Shown here: one piece after another, positions 22,356 to 24,456 of the stretch
Position numbering within the stretch: position 1 is the stretch's first letter
How the letters are laid out: each line of letters starts with the position of its first letter
Assembly: GCA_964601555.1 (NCBI GenBank)
Contig: CAZRNX010000001.1
Location: 1-24,456, forward strand
Origin: an uncultured Candidatus Saccharibacteria bacterium
Lineage (GTDB): Bacteria; Patescibacteriota; Minisyncoccia; Phycocordibacterales; CAIJYI01
DNA length: 24,456 bases
Direction: 5' to 3'
The notes under the pieces: model-generated
Databases searched by the model: none
The model's input: the letters and a program-made list of their open reading frames with translations, nothing else
What the model was told of the DNA's origin: nothing
Translations under genes and position numbers: made by a program

Positions 22356-24224
22356 ATGTCTAATTTCTCTTTTGGGAAAGAAATGCCGGGTCATGTTCTG
22401 AAAGAGCTTGCGGAATATCCAGAGTTCCTGCGCGCGCTTCTCTTTCACCGAGATATTACAACTCGCGAGAAAGCAGAGAAGTTTCTCCATCCGTCGTACG
22501 AGCGCGACTCGAACGATCCGTTTCTGATGCACGACATGAAAAAAGCGGCAGAGCGAATCGTACGCGCGATTGAGGGGAGAGAGAAAATAGTGATTTTCGG
22601 CGATTATGACTGCGACGGCATCCCCGGCTCGGTGGTGCTCCATGACTTTTTCAAAAAAATAGGCTACACGAACTTCTCAAACTACATTCCCCATAGGCAC
22701 AACGAAGGGTACGGCTTGAATATCAAAGCGCTTGAAAACTTTACCCGAGACGGCGTGAATCTTGTTGTGACCGTTGATTGCGGCATTGTTGATTTCGAAC
22801 AAGCTCTCACGGCACGAGAACTTGGGCTTGACTTGATTATCACCGATCATCACTTGCCGGGAGAGAAAATCCCCAATGCTTTTGCTGTTGTAAATCCGAA
22901 ACTTTTATCTGCCGATGAGACAGATGGGGAAGAATATCCCGACTCGATGCTCTGCGGCGCAGGAGTAGCGTTTAAGTTGGTGCAGGCCCTTTTGGAAACA
23001 AGTACTATAGCCGGAGCGAAAAATATTTTTCCTGAAACCTCTTCCCCCCCAAATTCGCTACACGAATTTGGCCGCGCCCCCGCCCCGGTTTCAGCAAAAA
23101 CATTTTCCGCTCCGGCAAACCGTTCTTTTCGCGAAGCGTTTAATATTCCTCCCGGCTGGGAGAAGTGGCTCCTCGATATGGCGGGACTCTCTACTGTCGC
23201 TGACATGGTGCCGCTTCAGAACGAGAATAGGATGATTGCCTATTATGGACTGAAGGTTCTACGCAAAAGCCAGCGCATTGGGCTCAAGAAACTTCTGGAG
23301 AAAATGCGCATACAGCAGGAGAATCTCACAGAAGACGACATCGGCTTCATGATCGCGCCGCGGATTAATACAGCGTCTCGAATGGATATTCCTATGCGCG
23401 CATTTGAACTTCTCTCGACGGCTGATGAAAAGAAGGCGGACGCACTCGCAATGCATTTACATACGCTCAATGATCAGCGCAAGGGGGTGGTTGCATTGAT
23501 GGTGAAAGAAGCGAAACACACGCTTACGAACCGCGAGGTAGGGGAAGTGATCGTGACCGGGAATCCCAAGTGGTCGCCCGGACTCCTTGGCCTTGCCGCA
23601 AGCGCGATAGTGGAGAATTTCCACCGTCCCGCTTTTGTCTGGGGCAAGGATGAGGAAGGAAAAATCAAGGGCTCATGCCGCTCGGATGGTTCGGTTTCTG
23701 TCGTGGAACTCATGTCGCGCAGTAAAGAGTATTTCATACAATACGGCGGACACGAAGCATCGGGAGGATTCATGGTGTCGTATGAACACATTCACATTCT
23801 TGAAGAAAGACTTTCTCTTGTATACAAAGAGATGGGGGGGAAGAAAGAAAAGAAAGGAAGTGAAGAGATTTTCATAGATGCGAAACTCTCTCTTGATGAC
23901 GTGAATTGGGAGAATTACAAAATGATAGAGAGCCTGTCGCCATTCGGGCAAGGTAACCCGAAGCCGGTGTTTCTGTTTGAAAATATAAAAATAGAGAGCG
24001 TACGCGAATTCGGCAAAACCGGCACGCATCTCGAGCTCGTTTTCAAAAATTCAAAAAATATTCCCGTGAAAGCAGTCGCGTTTTTTAAAGCAAACGGCAA
24101 GAAAGATACAGAAGGGGAGAGACACTTCGCGCCCGGCGACACGCTAACTCTCGCCGTATCAATAGAGAAAGATAATTTTAAGAGATATCCGGAGCTGCGG
24201 TTACGGGTGATTGAAATTACATAA
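22356..24224 (+). CDS. recJ: Single-stranded-DNA-specific exonuclease RecJ
   Basis: DHH motifs FGDYDCDG, VTVDCG, ITDHH, TVADMVPL, APRINTASR, GSCR, GGH. Start set to the ATG at 22356, 6 nt after TTGCTC-N17-TATACT. Confidence 0.95.
   Translation: MSNFSFGKEMPGHVLKELAEYPEFLRALLFHRDITTREKAEKFLHPSYERDSNDPFLMHDMKKAAERIVRAIEGREKIVIFGDYDCDGIPGSVVLHDFFKKIGYTNFSNYIPHRHNEGYGLNIKALENFTRDGVNLVVTVDCGIVDFEQALTARELGLDLIITDHHLPGEKIPNAFAVVNPKLLSADETDGEEYPDSMLCGAGVAFKLVQALLETSTIAGAKNIFPETSSPPNSLHEFGRAPAPVSAKTFSAPANRSFREAFNIPPGWEKWLLDMAGLSTVADMVPLQNENRMIAYYGLKVLRKSQRIGLKKLLEKMRIQQENLTEDDIGFMIAPRINTASRMDIPMRAFELLSTADEKKADALAMHLHTLNDQRKGVVALMVKEAKHTLTNREVGEVIVTGNPKWSPGLLGLAASAIVENFHRPAFVWGKDEEGKIKGSCRSDGSVSVVELMSRSKEYFIQYGGHEASGGFMVSYEHIHILEERLSLVYKEMGGKKEKKGSEEIFIDAKLSLDDVNWENYKMIESLSPFGQGNPKPVFLFENIKIESVREFGKTGTHLELVFKNSKNIPVKAVAFFKANGKKDTEGERHFAPGDTLTLAVSIEKDNFKRYPELRLRVIEIT
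23010..23116 (+). repeat. 107-bp palindromic element in-frame within recJ
   Basis: 30-bp arms matching at 27/30 (23010-23039 and 23087-23116); internal hairpin CCAAATTCG/CGAATTTGG. Confidence 0.85.
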
Positions 24225-24267
24225 GCTTTGTGGTAGAAAGTACTTCGGTGGTCATTTGGAGAAAGTT

Positions 24268-24426
24268 ATGGAAATTATGCAGGATCTGATATTGCTTACA
24301 GGAGGAGTATTTTGGGGACTGGGGCAACCTGGTTACCGAATAGATTCAGGGCAGAAGAAGTGGTTTAGGCTGGCAGCGCTAGGACTGGTTGTCGTGGTCG
24401 CTGTGATAAGGTTCACTATGGGTTGA
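24268..24426 (+). CDS. Small membrane protein (about 52 aa)
   Basis: Two hydrophobic segments; GGAG SD before the ATG at 24268. The TGA overlaps a following ATG (24426) that may start a gene running off the window. Confidence 0.5.
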   Translation: MEIMQDLILLTGGVFWGLGQPGYRIDSGQKKWFRLAALGLVVVVAVIRFTMG

Positions 24427-24456
24427 TGGAGAAGTTGACCGCCAAGGATGGCGGTT

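Noticed and set aside
388-24142. Many 60-285 aa ORFs overlapping the called genes on the opposite strand or in other frames (e.g. 2985-3632, 10858-11715, 18200-18928, 21493-22230)
   Set aside because: They are shadow ORFs of well-supported housekeeping genes and have no recognisable motifs or independent expression signals.
1-24456. Alternative genetic code (TGA read as Gly, as in Gracilibacteria)
   Set aside because: TGA ends tig and ppa at the expected C-termini, and all conserved genes are open under code 11.

Overview
This window is a gene-dense chromosomal segment with no rRNA, tRNA or CRISPR array that I can support. Gene content and style (short trigger factor, xer-rpsO-NYN-pnp block, many small membrane or secreted hypotheticals, few Shine-Dalgarno sites) suggest Patescibacteria/CPR, probably Parcubacteria. 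That assignment is an inference. Housekeeping genes are an NAD-dependent epimerase, carA/carB, a XerC/D recombinase, rpsO, pnp, pgk, a HIT protein, clpP, tig, ppa, nusA and recJ. The strongest unusual signal is a set of long palindromic DNA modules. Three sit in-frame inside carA, carB and recJ and add roughly 24-45 extra residues each. A fourth, just after the tig stop, shares a 42-nt core with the carA copy but has entirely different, self-complementary outer arms. A fifth is a 180-bp MITE-like hairpin with perfect 20-bp terminal inverted repeats flanked by TAA. Other points of interest: many apparently leaderless promoters, candidate attenuators upstream of nusA and carA, a three-hairpin ncRNA candidate divergent from a small lipoprotein gene, a leucine-rich-repeat gene remnant, and small Cys-rich proteins. 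All product calls come from motif recognition by eye; no searches were run.
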